NCBI GenBank assembly: GCA_051530055.1
Contig: CM121342.1
Span: forward strand, 3,657,489 to 3,721,488
Direction: 5' to 3'
Origin: Neoechinorhynchus agilis
Taxonomy: Eukaryota; Animalia; Acanthocephala
DNA: 64,000 nt
Shown: piece by piece, positions 12,481 through 25,373 of the stretch
How the letters are laid out: each line of letters begins with the position of its first letter
How positions within the stretch are numbered: the stretch's first letter is position 1
Notes under the pieces: model-generated
Told to the model about the DNA's origin: nothing
What the model saw: only the letters and a program-made list of their open reading frames with translations
The model's database searches: none
Program-made: the position numbers and the translations under genes

Positions 12481-12656
12481 ATAAGAGTTTAAGTGGTCAT
12501 ATCACTTCTGTGATGCAAAACAAAATTTCTCCGACCACGGAAAGTGCTAATTCACATCAATAAATGCGGTCGGGAAAATCAGCAGACAATTCGAGAGCAT
12601 TTTTCGAAGTGCTGTTAAATGGCCTAAAGTCGTACAGATCGGAAATCTATAATCAT

Positions 12657-13595
12657 TCAGGAGAGGTGGTCTCAATTTACGCACGATAATCGTTGCCATA
12701 TTCTTCGCTCTCTACAAAACCCGATCTAGAATTCATCGCAGTCCACTTTTCAGCTCCTCTAAGAAATGTCCTTAGAGAATTCACAATCGCTGGCGTCTAC
12801 CACCTTCAGCAAAACGCTAAAAACGATACCACGAAGACCATTCAGGAGGTTTGGTCTCAATTTACGCACGATGATCGCTACCATATTCTTCGGCTCTCTA
12901 CAAAACCCCGATCTAGAATTCATCACAGTCCACTTCTCAGCTCCTCTAAGAAAAATCCTTAGAGAATTCACAATTGCTGGCGTCTACCATCTTCAGCAAA
13001 ACGCTAAAAACGATACCACGAAGACCATTCAGGAGGTTTGGTCTCAATTTACGCACGATGGTCGCTACCATATTCTTCGGCTCTCTACAAAACCCCGCCC
13101 GATCTAGAATTCATCACAGTCCACTTCTTGGTCTCAATTTACGCACGATAATCGCTACCATATTCTTCGTCTCTCTACAAAATCCGATCTAGAATTCATC
13201 GCAGTCCATTTTCAGCTCCTCTAAGAAATATCCTTAGAGAATTCACAATCGCTGGCGTCTACCACCTTCAGCAAAACGCTAAAAACGATACCACGAAGAC
13301 CATTCAGGAGGTTTGGTCTCAATTTACGCACGATGATCGCTACCATATTCTTCGGCTCTCTACAAAACCCCGCCCGATCTAGAATTCATCACAGTCCACT
13401 TCTCAGCTCCTCTAAGAAAAATCCTTAGAGAATTCACAATTGCTGGCGTCTACCATCTTCAACAAAACGCTAAAAACGATACCACGAAGACCATTCAGGA
13501 GGTTTGGTCTCAATTTACGCACGATGATCGCTACCATATTCTTCGGCTCTCTACAAAACCCCGCCCGATCTAGAATTCATCACAGTCCACTTCTC
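12657..13595. repeat. Tandem array, about 190-bp unit x about 5, with internal deletions
   Basis: GGTCTCAATTTACGCACGAT recurs six times between about 12.67 and 13.52 kb. The ORFs at 12693-13649 are repeat products. Confidence 0.93.
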
Positions 13596-13924
13596 ATGGC
13601 GATAAACGTGAGCACTTTCACTACGCGAAATATCTTGTCAATCGCATAATGTCGATTGCGGTCAATGCGAATCGCGTGCTAACTCGTTAAAAACAATCAA
13701 TGCCCGATTGATTTATGGGTTCGATATAAATCTCGCATATTTTAACCTGATTTGATGAGGCGCCCATAATCCGAGAGACCAAGGTTTTTCGATCGAATCA
13801 CATTGTTTATATTGGCGTTTTGAATCAGGATGAAATTAAGAAAAGATTCTGAGGATTGGTTTTTAAAAAAATCTTATTTTGGCTCGATTTTAAGGAGCCA
13901 ATATCGGAAAGAAAGTTACATCGT

Positions 13925-15947
13925 TTTTTTGAAGGAAGTATTCCTAATTTAATATTTTTATTGTTTTTTTTCAAGGATCATTGTTCCTTTTATTTTGAAT
14001 CTCTAATGTTTTGGTCTGTTAAGTTCGTATTAATTTTCAGTCAGGAGTTCTAATATTCAATGAAGAATTTGTTTTCGAATACAGTTAATCATCGACGATT
14101 CTATTCAAAATAAGCCCAAAATTGTTAATTTTTTAACTACTGTATCAATTTTGACCTTTTTCGGAAGTTTTTTCATATTGATTTTTTGAAATTTTACTTC
14201 TGTTTAAATTTGATTCTTCTTTATTTCTATTTTAAAGGATGATAATTTTTTAGAGCAAAAAGACGCTTTCAGAAGATCTTGTAGACTCATTGGCGTAATA
14301 TTTCAAGATTATTATTTAAGGAAGTATTCCTAATTTAATTCTTTTTATTGTTTGTTTTTTTCAAGGATCATTATTACTTTTATTTTGAATCTTGAAGGTT
14401 TTGGGTTTCTTATGAAGATAAGTTCGTATTAATTTTCAGTCAGGAGTTCTAATATTCAATGAAGAATTTGTTTTCGAATACAGTTAATCGATCGACGATT
14501 CTATTCAAAATAAGCCCAAAATTGTTAATTTTTTAACTACTGTATCAATTTTGACCTTTTTCGGAAGTTTTTTCATATTGATTTTTTGAAATTTTACTTC
14601 TGTTTAAATTTGATTCTTCTTTATTTCTATTTTAAAGGATGATAATTTTTTAGAGCAAAAAGACGCTTTCAGAAGATCTTGTAGACTCATTGGCGTAATA
14701 TTTCAAGATTATTATTTAAGGAAGTATTCCTAATTTAATTCTTTTTATTGTTTTTTTTTCAAGGATCATTATTACTTTTATTTTGAATCTTGAAGGTTTT
14801 GGGTTTCTTATGAAGATAAGTTCGTATTAATTTTCAGTCAGGAGTTCTAATATTCAATGAAGAATTTGTTTTCGAATACAGTTAATCGATCGACGATTCT
14901 ATTCAAAATAAGCCCAAAATTGTTAATTTTTTAACTACTGTATCAATTTTGACCTTTTTCGGAAGTTTTTTTCATATTGATTTTTTGAAATTTTACTTCT
15001 GTTTAAATTTGATTCTTCTTTATTTCTATTTTAAAGGATGATAATTTTTTAGAGCAAAAAGACGCTTTCAGAAGATCTTGTAGACTCATTGGCGTAATAT
15101 TTCAAGATTATTATTTAAGGAAGTATTCCTAATTTAATTCTTTTTATTGTTTGTTTTTTTCAAGGATCATTATTACTTTTATTTTGAATCTTGAAGGTTT
15201 TGGGTTTCTTATGAAGATAAGTTCGTATTAATTTTCAGTCAGGAGTTCTAATATTCAATGAAGAATTTGTTTTCGAATACAGTTAATCGATCGACGATTC
15301 TATTCAAAATAAGCCCAAAATTGTTAATTTTTTAACTACTGTATCAATTTTGACCTTTTTCGGAAGTTTTTTTCATATTGATTTTTTGAAATTTTACTTC
15401 TGTTTAAATTTGATTCTTCTTTATTTCTATTTTAAAGGATGATAATTTTTTAGAGCAAAAAGACGCTTTCAGAAGATCTTGTAGACTCATTGGCGTAATA
15501 TTTCAAGATTATTATTTAAGGAAGTATTCCTAATTTAATTCTTTTTATTGTTTTTTTTTCAAGGATCATTATTACTTTTATTTTGAATCTTGAAGGTTTT
15601 GGGTTTCTTATGAAGATAAGTTCGTATTAATTTTCAGTCAGGAGTTCTAATATTCAATGAAGAATTTGTTTTCGAATACAGTTAATCGATCGACGATTCT
15701 ATTCAAAATAAGCCCAAAATTGTTAATTTTTTAACTACTGTATCAATTTTGACCTTTTTCGGAAGTTTTTTTCATATTGATTTTTTGAAATTTTACTTCT
15801 GTTTAAATTTGATTCTTCTTTATTTCTATTTTAAAGGATGATAATTTTTTAGAGCAAAAAGACGCTTTCAGAAGATCTTGTAGACTCATTGGCGTAATAT
15901 TTCAAGATTATTATTTAAGGAAGTATTCCTAATTTAATTCTTTTTAT
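13925..15947. repeat. Tandem array, about 400-bp AT-rich unit x about 5
   Basis: AAGGAAGTATTCCTAATTTAAT recurs at about 13932, 14318, 14717, 15118, 15518 and 15917. Confidence 0.96.
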
Positions 15948-16060
15948 CGTTGGTTTTTTGTGGACGAAATGAGACAATAAATTACGAATAAAAAAGCACA
16001 GCCCAACGAGTGCTTTAAGCAAGTTTTAGAGCACTTGAATTTTCTTTTTGAAAACTCAAG

Positions 16061-16942
16061 ATGGGGACTTTCTACAGTCTTATTTCATCCATTCACCAAG
16101 ACCACTTAATGGACAACCATCATCATCAGAACACCAGAATTTTCGACGTTCGTGGATTGTCATCAGCCGGAATTGGTCCTTCAAGGGCCCGTCTAACTCT
16201 TACCAGTGATCACATAACGATCGATACAGACAATGTTCACCTCCAATTCAGATTATCTCAAATCCGTCGGTATGGTGCCCGAGAAGATGTTTTTATGTTC
16301 GAAACAAGTTCACACAGTCAGAATCCTCGACGAAACCAATACGCATTTCAATCAGACGAGGCGTCTCAGATTTTAAACGAATTGGAGCAAATGATAGCGA
16401 CTTACATGGCAAATAGACGATCTGAAGAACGTTTTCCGAGTCAAACGAATTCCCTGATGGACTTATCTCATGGACCACCTCCGGGATATGATACGACGAC
16501 TTTGTTCAACAAAACAGTTAATTTCATGCAGGATCACATTCGGGTGGAAGGATATTCTTGTTGAGCGGTTCAAACCTAGAGACGTATTCATGTTATTTAA
16601 TATTTCGTGGATAAAATCCACTCTTTTCAAACATTGATTGTAAGTTTTTCCACCTCAAATATTTAAAAACTTACAATCAATGTTTGAAAAGAGGTGAATT
16701 TTGTCCCCAAAATATTAAATAATAACATGAATACGTCTCGGGGCTTGAACCGCTCAACAGGAATATAAAACAGTTAATACTCGATTGAACATTGTCCAGT
16801 TAGCGCAATGGCCGATCAGCAACTTGTCTACATTGATCCCGCAACAATGACCGCAAATTCCGACTCAAATTCATCTTCCAATGAGTATATGATCGTATCT
16901 CAGGCAGACACGAATGCGTTGAACGCTTCTTCTCGTAAGTAA
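16061..16942 (+). CDS. IRS-type PTB-domain adaptor (FRS2/DOK-like), at least two exons
   Basis: FRLSQIRRYGAREDVFMFET...YAFQSDEASQI matches the IRS-PTB pattern, followed by PPPGY. A second exon frame (about 16780-16942) has VYIDP and EYMIV tyrosine motifs and ends at CGTAAGTAA (stop or GT donor). The junction is ambiguous. Confidence 0.75.
16524..16766. mobile_element. Palindromic MITE-like element flanked by a 12-nt direct repeat
   Basis: Nested inverted repeats ATATTCTTGTTGAGCGGTTCAA...TTGAACCGCTCAACAGGAATAT. AAAACAGTTAAT occurs at about 16511-16522 and 16767-16778. A second copy lies at 43.1-43.3 kb. Confidence 0.8.
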
Positions 16943-17089
16943 TTTTATCTCTTAAATGTAACCAAAATGAACTTGTAACAAGACTTGTATTATATATTTG
17001 ACGATTTGGAAAAATGTAAGACTTTATTCAAATTTTGGCTGATTGGGTGGTGTAAGACTGCAAGAAATAGCTCAAAGTTCCCATGGAAA

Positions 17090-19024
17090 CTTAGGAACAT
17101 CTTCATCCTCAATTAAATCGAGGATGCTTCCACCAAAATAATCAACTGTTCCCTTTGGTGTTATTGCGACCTACACTTTTCCAACTTTGGTTAAAAATTC
17201 TGCTTGGTCTGACGGCACCAATTCTCTAAATGGTTAAGAGGTTAAAAAGAAAATCGCGGATCGAGGCATTGGTATGAATTAAGCTTAAGCAAATACATTT
17301 AAGGAATTTATAAAAGTTCTGACTTGAATTTAGGAACATCTTTATCTTCCATTGCCTCGCGATTCCAGCATTCCCCTTTCTGGGTCGCTGATTCTCTGAT
17401 AAAAATTAGTGGCGCACTCTTTGGTGTTATTGCGACCTACACTTTTCCAACTTTGTTAAAAATTCTGCTCGGTCCGACGGCACCAATTCTCCAAATGGTT
17501 AGAGAGGTGGAAAAAGAAAATCGGCGGATCGAGGCGTTGGTATGAATTAAGCTTAAGCAAATACATAAGGAATTTATAAAAGTTCGATGAATTTAGGAAC
17601 ATCTTTATCTCCATTGCCTCGCGATCCAGCATTCCCCTTTCTGGGTCGCTGATTCTCTGATAAAAATTTGGTGTTATTGCGACCTACACTTTTCCAACTT
17701 TGGTTAAAAATTCTGCTCGGTCCGACGGCACCAATTCTCCAAATGGTTAGAGAGGTTGGAAAAAGAAAATCTTCGGATCGAGGCTTGGTATGAATTAAGC
17801 TTAAGCAAATACATTTAAGGAATTTATAAAAGTTCTGACTTGAATTTAGGAACATCTTTATCTTCCATTGCCTGGAGCATTCCCTCTGGATCGCTGATTC
17901 TCTGATAAAAATTTGGTGTTATTGCGACCTACACTTTTCCAACTTTGGTTAAAAATTCTGCTTGGTCCGACGGCACCAATTCTCCAAATGGTTAGAGAGG
18001 TTGGAAAAAGAAACGGATCGAGGCATTGGTATGAATTAAGCTTAAGCAAATACATTTAAGGAATTTATAAAAGTTCTGACTGAATTTGGGAACATCTTTA
18101 TCCTCCATTGCCTCGAGGTTCCAGCATTCCCTTCTGGATCGCTGATTCTCTGATAAAAATTTGGTGTTATTGCGACCTACACTTTTCCAACTTTGGTTAA
18201 AAATTCTGCTCGGTCCGACGGCACCAATTCTCCAAATGGTTAGAGAGGTTGGAAAAAGAAAATCTTCGGATCGAGGCATTGGTATGAATTAAGCTTAAGC
18301 AAATACATTTAAGGAATTTATAAAAGTTCTGACTTGAATTTAGGAACATCTTTATCTTCCATTGCCTCGCGATTCCAGCATTCCCCTTTCTGGGTCGCTG
18401 ATTCTCTGATAAAAATTAGTTGGCTGCACTCTTTGGTGTTATTGCGACCTACACTTTTCCAACTTTGTTAAAAATTCTGCTGTCCGACGGCACCAATTCT
18501 CCAAATGGTTAGAGAGGTTGGAAAAAGAAAACTCGGACACCCAAAAAAAAAAAAACCGGATCGAGGCATTGGATGAATTAAGCTTAAGAAATACATTTAA
18601 GGAATTTATAAAAGTTCTACTGAATTTGGAACATCTTATCTCCATTGCGAGTTCCAGCATTCCCTCTGGTCGCTGATTCTCTGATAAAAATTTGGTGTTA
18701 TTGCGACCTACACTTTTCCAACTTTGGTTAAAAATTCTGCTTGATCCGACGGCACCAATTCTCCAAATGGTTAGAGAGGTTGGAAAAAGAAAATCTTCGG
18801 ATCGAGGCATTGGTATGAATTAAGCTTAAGCAAATACATTTAAGGAATTTATAAAAGTTCTGACTTGAATTTAGGAACATCTTTATCTTCCATTGCCTCG
18901 CGATTCCAGCATTCCCCTTTCTGGGTCGCTGATTCTCTGATAAAAATTAGTTGGCTGCACTCTTTGGTGTTATTGCGACCTACACTTTTCCAACTTTGGT
19001 TAAAAATTCTGCTTGGTCCGACGA
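17090..19024. repeat. Tandem array, about 245-270-bp unit x about 8, indel-rich
   Basis: TTGGTGTTATTGCGACCTACACTTTTCCAAC recurs eight times. CATGGAAA lies at both edges (17082, 19025). Confidence 0.95.
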
Positions 19025-19149
19025 CATGGAAAGTTTTAGGATAAACCGAATCGCATTATGCGTAGGTGTTGATTTTTTGACCGTTTGAAGAAAACGAGTC
19101 CTCCCCCCCACTTGACTTCACCTTATAATTATGCTTTATTTCTGTTCAC

Positions 19150-19545
19150 CTATCGATTCTCGAAATGTTTGATCATTCTGGACACTTTACCACGATCTCC
19201 TTTTGGAGTTCGTGCATTTGAATGATCGATTTCCATCTCAACATGAACCATATTTATTTCATTAAGGTTTCCTTCTTTTGAAAGCTCTTTACTACGTGAA
19301 CTTCTGCTATTTTCAGAATGGCTTGCTTTTACTTTACGTGTTTTTTCCTCGCAATTTTCACTACTTTCGAATTCTTGACTTTCATCGGTTTTATCTCTAA
19401 GCTTCTTCTCATGCCGGTTTCTTCTTTTCCACCACACGCTGATAACATAACAAATGAAAGGTGATATTACTAAAGCCGTGAGAATAACCAACGCTCCCTC
19501 CAATGCGGAAAAATTCTTTAATGCTCCAAGCTGCTTATCTGTCAT
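19150..19545 (-). CDS. Single-pass membrane protein, paralogue 1 of a local family
   Basis: Short N-terminus, TM GALVILTALVISPFICYVISVWW, KRR stop-transfer, C-terminal GKVSRMIKHFENR. Confidence 0.7.
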   Translation of the reverse strand: MTDKQLGALKNFSALEGALVILTALVISPFICYVISVWWKRRNRHEKKLRDKTDESQEFESSENCEEKTRKVKASHSENSRSSRSKELSKEGNLNEINMVHVEMEIDHSNARTPKGDRGKVSRMIKHFENR

Positions 19546-20279
19546 CTATTAAGAAAACGTAATGATTGATTCAATCGATTCGTTTCTATGGTAGCAATAT
19601 TCAAAGAATGTATGTATCTTTATGGGAAGCGAAACAAAGATCATACGTTCGAAATGTGATTAAGTGAAATCTTTTTGATGTGTTTGATTAGTGATCAACC
19701 TTGAAATTCAAATTTTTTTGAATCAAAACACTTTGATAAATGTCATTTAAAAAATTCCTGGGGAAACAGTCCAACGCGTTCATTTAGTACGTTTAAAGAT
19801 CAATTAAACTATTTGTTCTGAAATAATGAGTTATAATGTCGGCAGAATTCATTTGGCTTAAGCCTAAATTCGAGGCAATCTCGATATCAAATAGAAGCAT
19901 TAGAAATTCCGGAACCGATGTCTTCATAGACGTTACCTTTCAACTTCTTAGAGTAAGACAAATCAGATTTATTTCCGGTATTTGATTCAACCGACAAATC
20001 TTTGAAAATAGAGCAATGTTTGTATTCATCTTTCACTCGAACATAATTTTTTCCCTACGGCGTATAAAATTTGTGAGAAATCTTTCTTCGGCAAAACGGT
20101 CAAATGACTAGTATTTTTCCTTCAAAAAAACCCTTCGTTTTTCTAAATAATAGGTAAATTCGTAAAGTGTAAAGAAATAACGATTGTTTGTGTGACTTTC
20201 ACTAAAGCTCACATTTTAGAGTTTCTCAAAACATTTAGAACCAAAGTGTGGAAACATAAAGTGAATTTTATGCAATCAA

Positions 20280-20699
20280 TTAAAGTTCTTCGAACCGCCG
20301 GATCATTTCGCTTACTCTTCTTATCTTATTGTCTTCGTCAATATCTTCTTTAATTTCTCTTTGTTGATTCATCACCGATGGAACAATGTCCACATAATTT
20401 GAGGTTTTACCTTCTTGGAGATCTTTACATGCTTCCGATTCACCAACACAGTTTTGATCGTTCTTATCTTCCGAAATTGAGCACATCTCCAGGCAGACGA
20501 TCGACCGATTGACGGCATCGTTCGAAGGGGTTTGATTATTGCAAAATCGTTTCCATAAACTTTCGATAACGCATTTATAAATGAGGAATCCGAGTGCAAG
20601 AAGTGAAATGAATATAGCTATAATCATTATTCCCATTTTCATTTTTGGGTGCTCTTCTAATTTCTTACCAAGGCCAAATGGAAGATACATCGATTGCAT
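20280..20699 (-). CDS. Single-pass membrane protein, paralogue 2
   Basis: TM MGIMIIAIFISLLALGFLIY then KCV; SNYVDI; C-terminal RRVSEMIRRFEEL. Confidence 0.72.
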   Translation of the reverse strand: MQSMYLPFGLGKKLEEHPKMKMGIMIIAIFISLLALGFLIYKCVIESLWKRFCNNQTPSNDAVNRSIVCLEMCSISEDKNDQNCVGESEACKDLQEGKTSNYVDIVPSVMNQQREIKEDIDEDNKIRRVSEMIRRFEEL

Positions 20700-21149
20700 T
20701 CAATTTTGATTAACAAGCACTTTCGTTCGGTTTCCGTGGCAACAAATCCTCCTCCTACCATGTTAATTTCCGTCAAAGATTTTTGTATCCTTTTTGCGTC
20801 TTGTACAAAATGGATGGAAACTAACGATGGAGAAAGCGCTACAAACAACGCATTTAAAAAAAGCTTTAATGTAAATTATTCTCTTAAGTATCTCAATAGG
20901 ACAAAATTAATTTGATTTTTGCTTTACAAGTACCGAAAACGGGCTAAATCAACTTCTTTTACGACAAATCTCGTCAAAATTAAGATTCGTTCCTACTGAG
21001 CGCATCATAAATGCGCTCACAGTCCCTTATTTCTCAATGAAATCTGTTAATTCCAACGATTCCCGATGATGATTGAAAGGAAGACAAAAATCATCGATAG
21101 AATATCCTTCAGGAAAAGAAAAATCAAAGATAAGGCGAGGTTAACTGTC

Positions 21150-23335
21150 AAATAAAAAACTTTATTTCCTTTTTCTTAGTTTTGTCATCGCTCGGATTCA
21201 AAAATTCACTAATCCTTATTTGTTCGATATTTCACCTCTCAGATAATTCCGACATTTTCTCAAGGTTTGACATTGTTTCGAAGTAAACGAAAGGAGACAA
21301 AACTTCCAAAAGAATATACCTTTTCCCCTGAAGATAATAATCCAAGAAAAAACTTTATTTCCGAGCTTTCGCAATCTTACGGTTTATTAGGGAATTGTTA
21401 ATGATTCGGAACTTGGGAGGCTTTTTATAATGAAAAAGAAAAAACTTTATTTTCTTTTTCTTAGTTTTGTCATCGCTCGGATTCAAAAATTCACTAATCC
21501 TTATTTCCCCAATATTTCACCTCTCAGATAATTCCGACATTTTCTCAAGGTTTGACATTGTTTCGAAGTAAACGAAAGGAGACAAAACTTCCAAAAGAAT
21601 TACTTTTCCCCTGAAGATAATAATTAAAGAAAAAAACTTTATTTCCGAGCTTTCGCAATCTTACGGTTTATTAGGGAATTGTTAATGATTCGGAACTGAG
21701 GCATGAAAAAGAAAAAACTTTATTTTCTTTTTCTTAGTTTTGTCATCGCTCGGATTCAAAAATTCACTAATCCTTATTTGTTCGATATTTCACCTCTCAG
21801 ATAATTCCGACATTTTCTCAAGGTTTGACATTGTTTCGAAGTAAACGAAAGGAGACAAAACTACCAAAAGAATATATCTTTTCCCCTGAAGATAATAATC
21901 AAAGACAAAAACTTTATTTCCGAGCTTTCGCAATCTTACGGTTTATTAGGGAATTGTTAATGATTCGGAACTTGGGAGGCTTTTTATAATGAAAAAGAAA
22001 AAACTTATTTTCTTTTTCTTAGTTTTGTCATCGCTCGGATTCAAAAATTCACTAATCCTTATTTGTTCGATATTTCACCTCTCAGATAATTCCGACATTT
22101 TCTCAAGGTTTGACATTGTTTCGAAGTAAACGAAAGGAGACAAAACTTCCAAAAGAATATATCTTTTCCCCTGAAGATAATAATCCAAGAAAAAACTTTA
22201 TTTCCGAGCTTTCGCAATCTTACGGTTTATTAGGGAATTGTTAATGATTCGGAACTTGGGAGGCTTTTTATAATGAAAAAGAAAAAACTTTATTTTCTTT
22301 TTCTTAGTTTTGTCATCGCTCGGATTCAAAAATTCACTAATCCTTATTTGTTCGATATTTCACCTCTCAGATAATTCCGACATTTTCTCAAGGTTTGACA
22401 TTGTTTCGAAGTAAACGAAAGGAGACAAAACTTCCAAAAGAATATACCTTTTCCCCTGAAGATAATAATCCAAGAAAAAACTTTATTTCCGAGCTTTCGC
22501 AATCTTACGGTTTATTAGGGAATTGTTAATGATTCGGAACTTGGGAGGCTTTTTATAATGAAAAAGAAAAAACTTTATTTTCTTTTTCTTAGTTTTGTCA
22601 TCGCTCGGATTCAAAAATTCACTAATCTTTATTTCCCCAATATTTCACCTCTCAGATAATTCCGACATTTTCTCAAGGTTTGACATTGTTTCGAAGTAAA
22701 CGAAAGGAGACCGAACTACCAAAAGAATATATCTTTTCCCCTGAAGATAATAATTAAAGACAAAAAACTTTATTTCCGAGCTTTCGCAATCTTACGGTTT
22801 ATTAGGGAATTGTTAATGATTCGGAACTTGGGAGGCTTTTTATAATGAAAAAGAAAAAACTTTATTTTCTTTTTCTTAGTTTTGTCATCGCTCGGATTCA
22901 AAAATTCACTAATCCTTATTTGTTCGATATTTCACCTCTCAGATAATTCCGACATTTTCTCAAGGTTTGACATTGTTTCGAAGTAAACGAAAGGAGACAA
23001 AACTTCCAAAAGAATATACCTTTTCCCCTGAAGATAATAATCCAAGAAAAAACTTTATTTCCGAGCTTTCGCAATCTTACGGTTTATTAGGGAATTGTTA
23101 ATGATTCGGAACTTGGGAGGCTTTTTATAATGAAAAAGAAAAAACTTTATTTTCTTTTTCTTAGTTTTGTCATCGCTCGGATTCAAAAATTCACTAATCC
23201 TTATTTGTTCGATATTTCACCTCTCAGATAATTCCGACATTTTCTCAAGGTTTGACATTGTTTCGAAGTAAACGAAAGGAGACAAAACTACCAAAGGAAT
23301 GTATCTTTCCCCCTGAAGATAATAATCCAAGACAT
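21150..23335. repeat. Tandem array, about 285-bp unit x about 7.6
   Basis: TTAGTTTTGTCATCGCTCGGATTC recurs eight times from about 21176 to 23160. Confidence 0.96.
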
Positions 23336-23511
23336 AAATGAAATGTGTCAAAACGATTCTAATCAAAAAAATCGTTCAAGAAAACTGATTGACACATATC
23401 GAGAGAAAATCCACCTGGAAGTTAGGAATAAATTTCATTTTTGATCTTCCCCGGCCCCTCCCCTTGAGCAATGAACACAGTTTCGTTTATAATCACTAAA
23501 GTGCGTATAAT

Positions 23512-23955
23512 CTATTGAAGAGTCTCGAAGCGTCTGATCATCTCAGACACTTGACCTCCATTTACTTCTTCTAAAAACGCTTTCTTCATCTTCTCCTTAT
23601 TGATCTCGTGTTCCACATAGTTCATATTAATGCTACGATCGGCATGCAACACTTCAACCGAAGAATTAATGCTTTCACAATTATTGCTACTTTTCAATGA
23701 ATGGGATGATATGTGATTATGAACAATGATTGGTTGTCCTTTTTTCACATTCTTCTCATAAGACTTCTTGTAGTTATCATTATTGGCCATTCGGTTCTTT
23801 TTTGTTGTTGATAAGCGCTTAAAAACGCATTTATAGATAAGCAAGGAAAAAAGAAGTAAAGCAATGAAGGTCAATCCAGCAATTAGGCCGTAAATCAATC
23901 GCGGATCTATTGGAATCGACGTAATTGGATCTTTTGCGCCTATTGGATTAAGCAT
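23512..23955 (-). CDS. Single-pass membrane protein, paralogue 3
   Basis: TM LIYGLIAGLTFIALLLFSLLIY then KCV; MNYVEHEI; C-terminal GQVSEMIRRFETLQ. Confidence 0.72.
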   Translation of the reverse strand: MLNPIGAKDPITSIPIDPRLIYGLIAGLTFIALLLFSLLIYKCVFKRLSTTKKNRMANNDNYKKSYEKNVKKGQPIIVHNHISSHSLKSSNNCESINSSVEVLHADRSINMNYVEHEINKEKMKKAFLEEVNGGQVSEMIRRFETLQ

Positions 23956-24951
23956 CTAGCAAAATGGTTCACTTGGGTGTTCGATATTAAGGCAGGTTCC
24001 TCGTTTCTATGGTAATGACTGAAAACAGCAGGTAGAGGCTCGGATCTAAAAGGTAAAAACAAGAGGCTTCTTTTTTTCGGTACCGAAACAGGATCCGAAT
24101 ACAAATTCGGGAAACAAGAAGATTATCGCGATCCACGTGATCAGAAGCGAGATCGCACGTGATCCAATTGAAGCGGATTTGACCCGTGACCGATCCTTAT
24201 TAAAGATGTTTTAGAATAAAATTTAAACCGAACTAAGAAAGGGGTGTTTTTGCCTCACCTTTCGAAACTGACCCTCTTCTCCATTTCAGAGTTGATGGGA
24301 GGGAGGCAATACAAAGTTGTTTTCCAACTCAAATGGTCCGATACCGGGCCACACGCCATGTTTTCCTTAATGAATCATCATTCCCGGAAATCAAAATGAA
24401 TTTTAAACTCTCCATTTTGATTGTGGACTGAAATAAAGTAATCAAGAATTTTTATTTATAATGCTTTCATTAACTTCTCGTCGTTTTTATATTCGGCTTG
24501 CGCCATGATAAGATAATCATCGGAACTTTGAGCGCTTGGACATTTAAAAAGTCTAAACTTTTCAAATGATAAATTTGGTCGAATTCAAAAAATGCGCATT
24601 TTGAAAGGATTTTTGAGAACTTTTTTACATTCATTTGTATGGATTTTTTTAAATGAAGAGAATCGTTTGTCGTTTTAATTAATTTTACTATTTAAGGTGC
24701 TGCCGAAGCATAAATGTGGATTTGATAATCGCGAAAGGTTGCCATGGCAATTGTAATTTCAATTTTAATTGATTACATTGATCATCGATAAATGACTTCG
24801 TCCATCAAAAGTTCAACTTTTAAGTGTCCCCTGCAAACTAAGGATTTTAACCGCTCAAAGTGACATTGAACTGAACTGGCCAATCACATCCACTAATTAC
24901 AAACCGCAATCTCATGGCCAGCGATTCGTCCGGAATGGTGTTTTTTGCTGC

Positions 24952-25338
24952 ATGAGCCCGAAATCCGAGTCGAAGGATTTTGAAAAGAAAGGAATGCCAA
25001 TGAAAGCAAAAGTTATTTTGCCAAATAAAAATCCCAAACCGCAGATTCCATCGCCCATTGATAGAGATGAGATAAAAACGCCCGAAAATAATAAATACGA
25101 AGATATCGGCTCGAAAATTAATCTACCTGAAATAAAAAAGCAAATTGAATTGCTTGATGTTGACAAAAGTGGATTTGGGGAGGCTGAACGACTTAAATTT
25201 CAATTGAAAAGCAAACTGAATGTTTCTGATGAAATCTTGGACGCTGTTCTTTACAACATTGGAATCGACGAAGACGGTCATGTTGATCTTTTTCGTTTCG
25301 CTGATGAGCTTGCAAAAACGCTTAAATTAACAATATAA
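24952..25338 (+). CDS. Small protein with a degenerate EF-hand pair (copy 1)
   Basis: Helix-loop-helix segments DVDKSGFGEAERL and GIDEDGHVDLFRF, after a K/P-rich N-terminus. Confidence 0.6.
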   Translation: MSPKSESKDFEKKGMPMKAKVILPNKNPKPQIPSPIDRDEIKTPENNKYEDIGSKINLPEIKKQIELLDVDKSGFGEAERLKFQLKSKLNVSDEILDAVLYNIGIDEDGHVDLFRFADELAKTLKLTI

Positions 25339-25373
25339 CTAAATAAAGCCATCTAAGTTTCAATCTTTCCGTT

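Noticed and set aside
12693-18810. ORFs inside the 12.7-kb and 17-19-kb arrays, including a hydrophobic 73-aa ORF at 17324-17545
   Set aside because: They are repeat-derived, and frames break differently in each unit. The faint resemblance of the 73-aa ORF to a retroviral env tail is too weak to support.
17082-19032. hAT-type 8-bp TSD (CATGGAAA) around the 17-19-kb array
   Set aside because: No terminal inverted repeats lie inside the duplication, and the similarity extends imperfectly beyond 8 bp.
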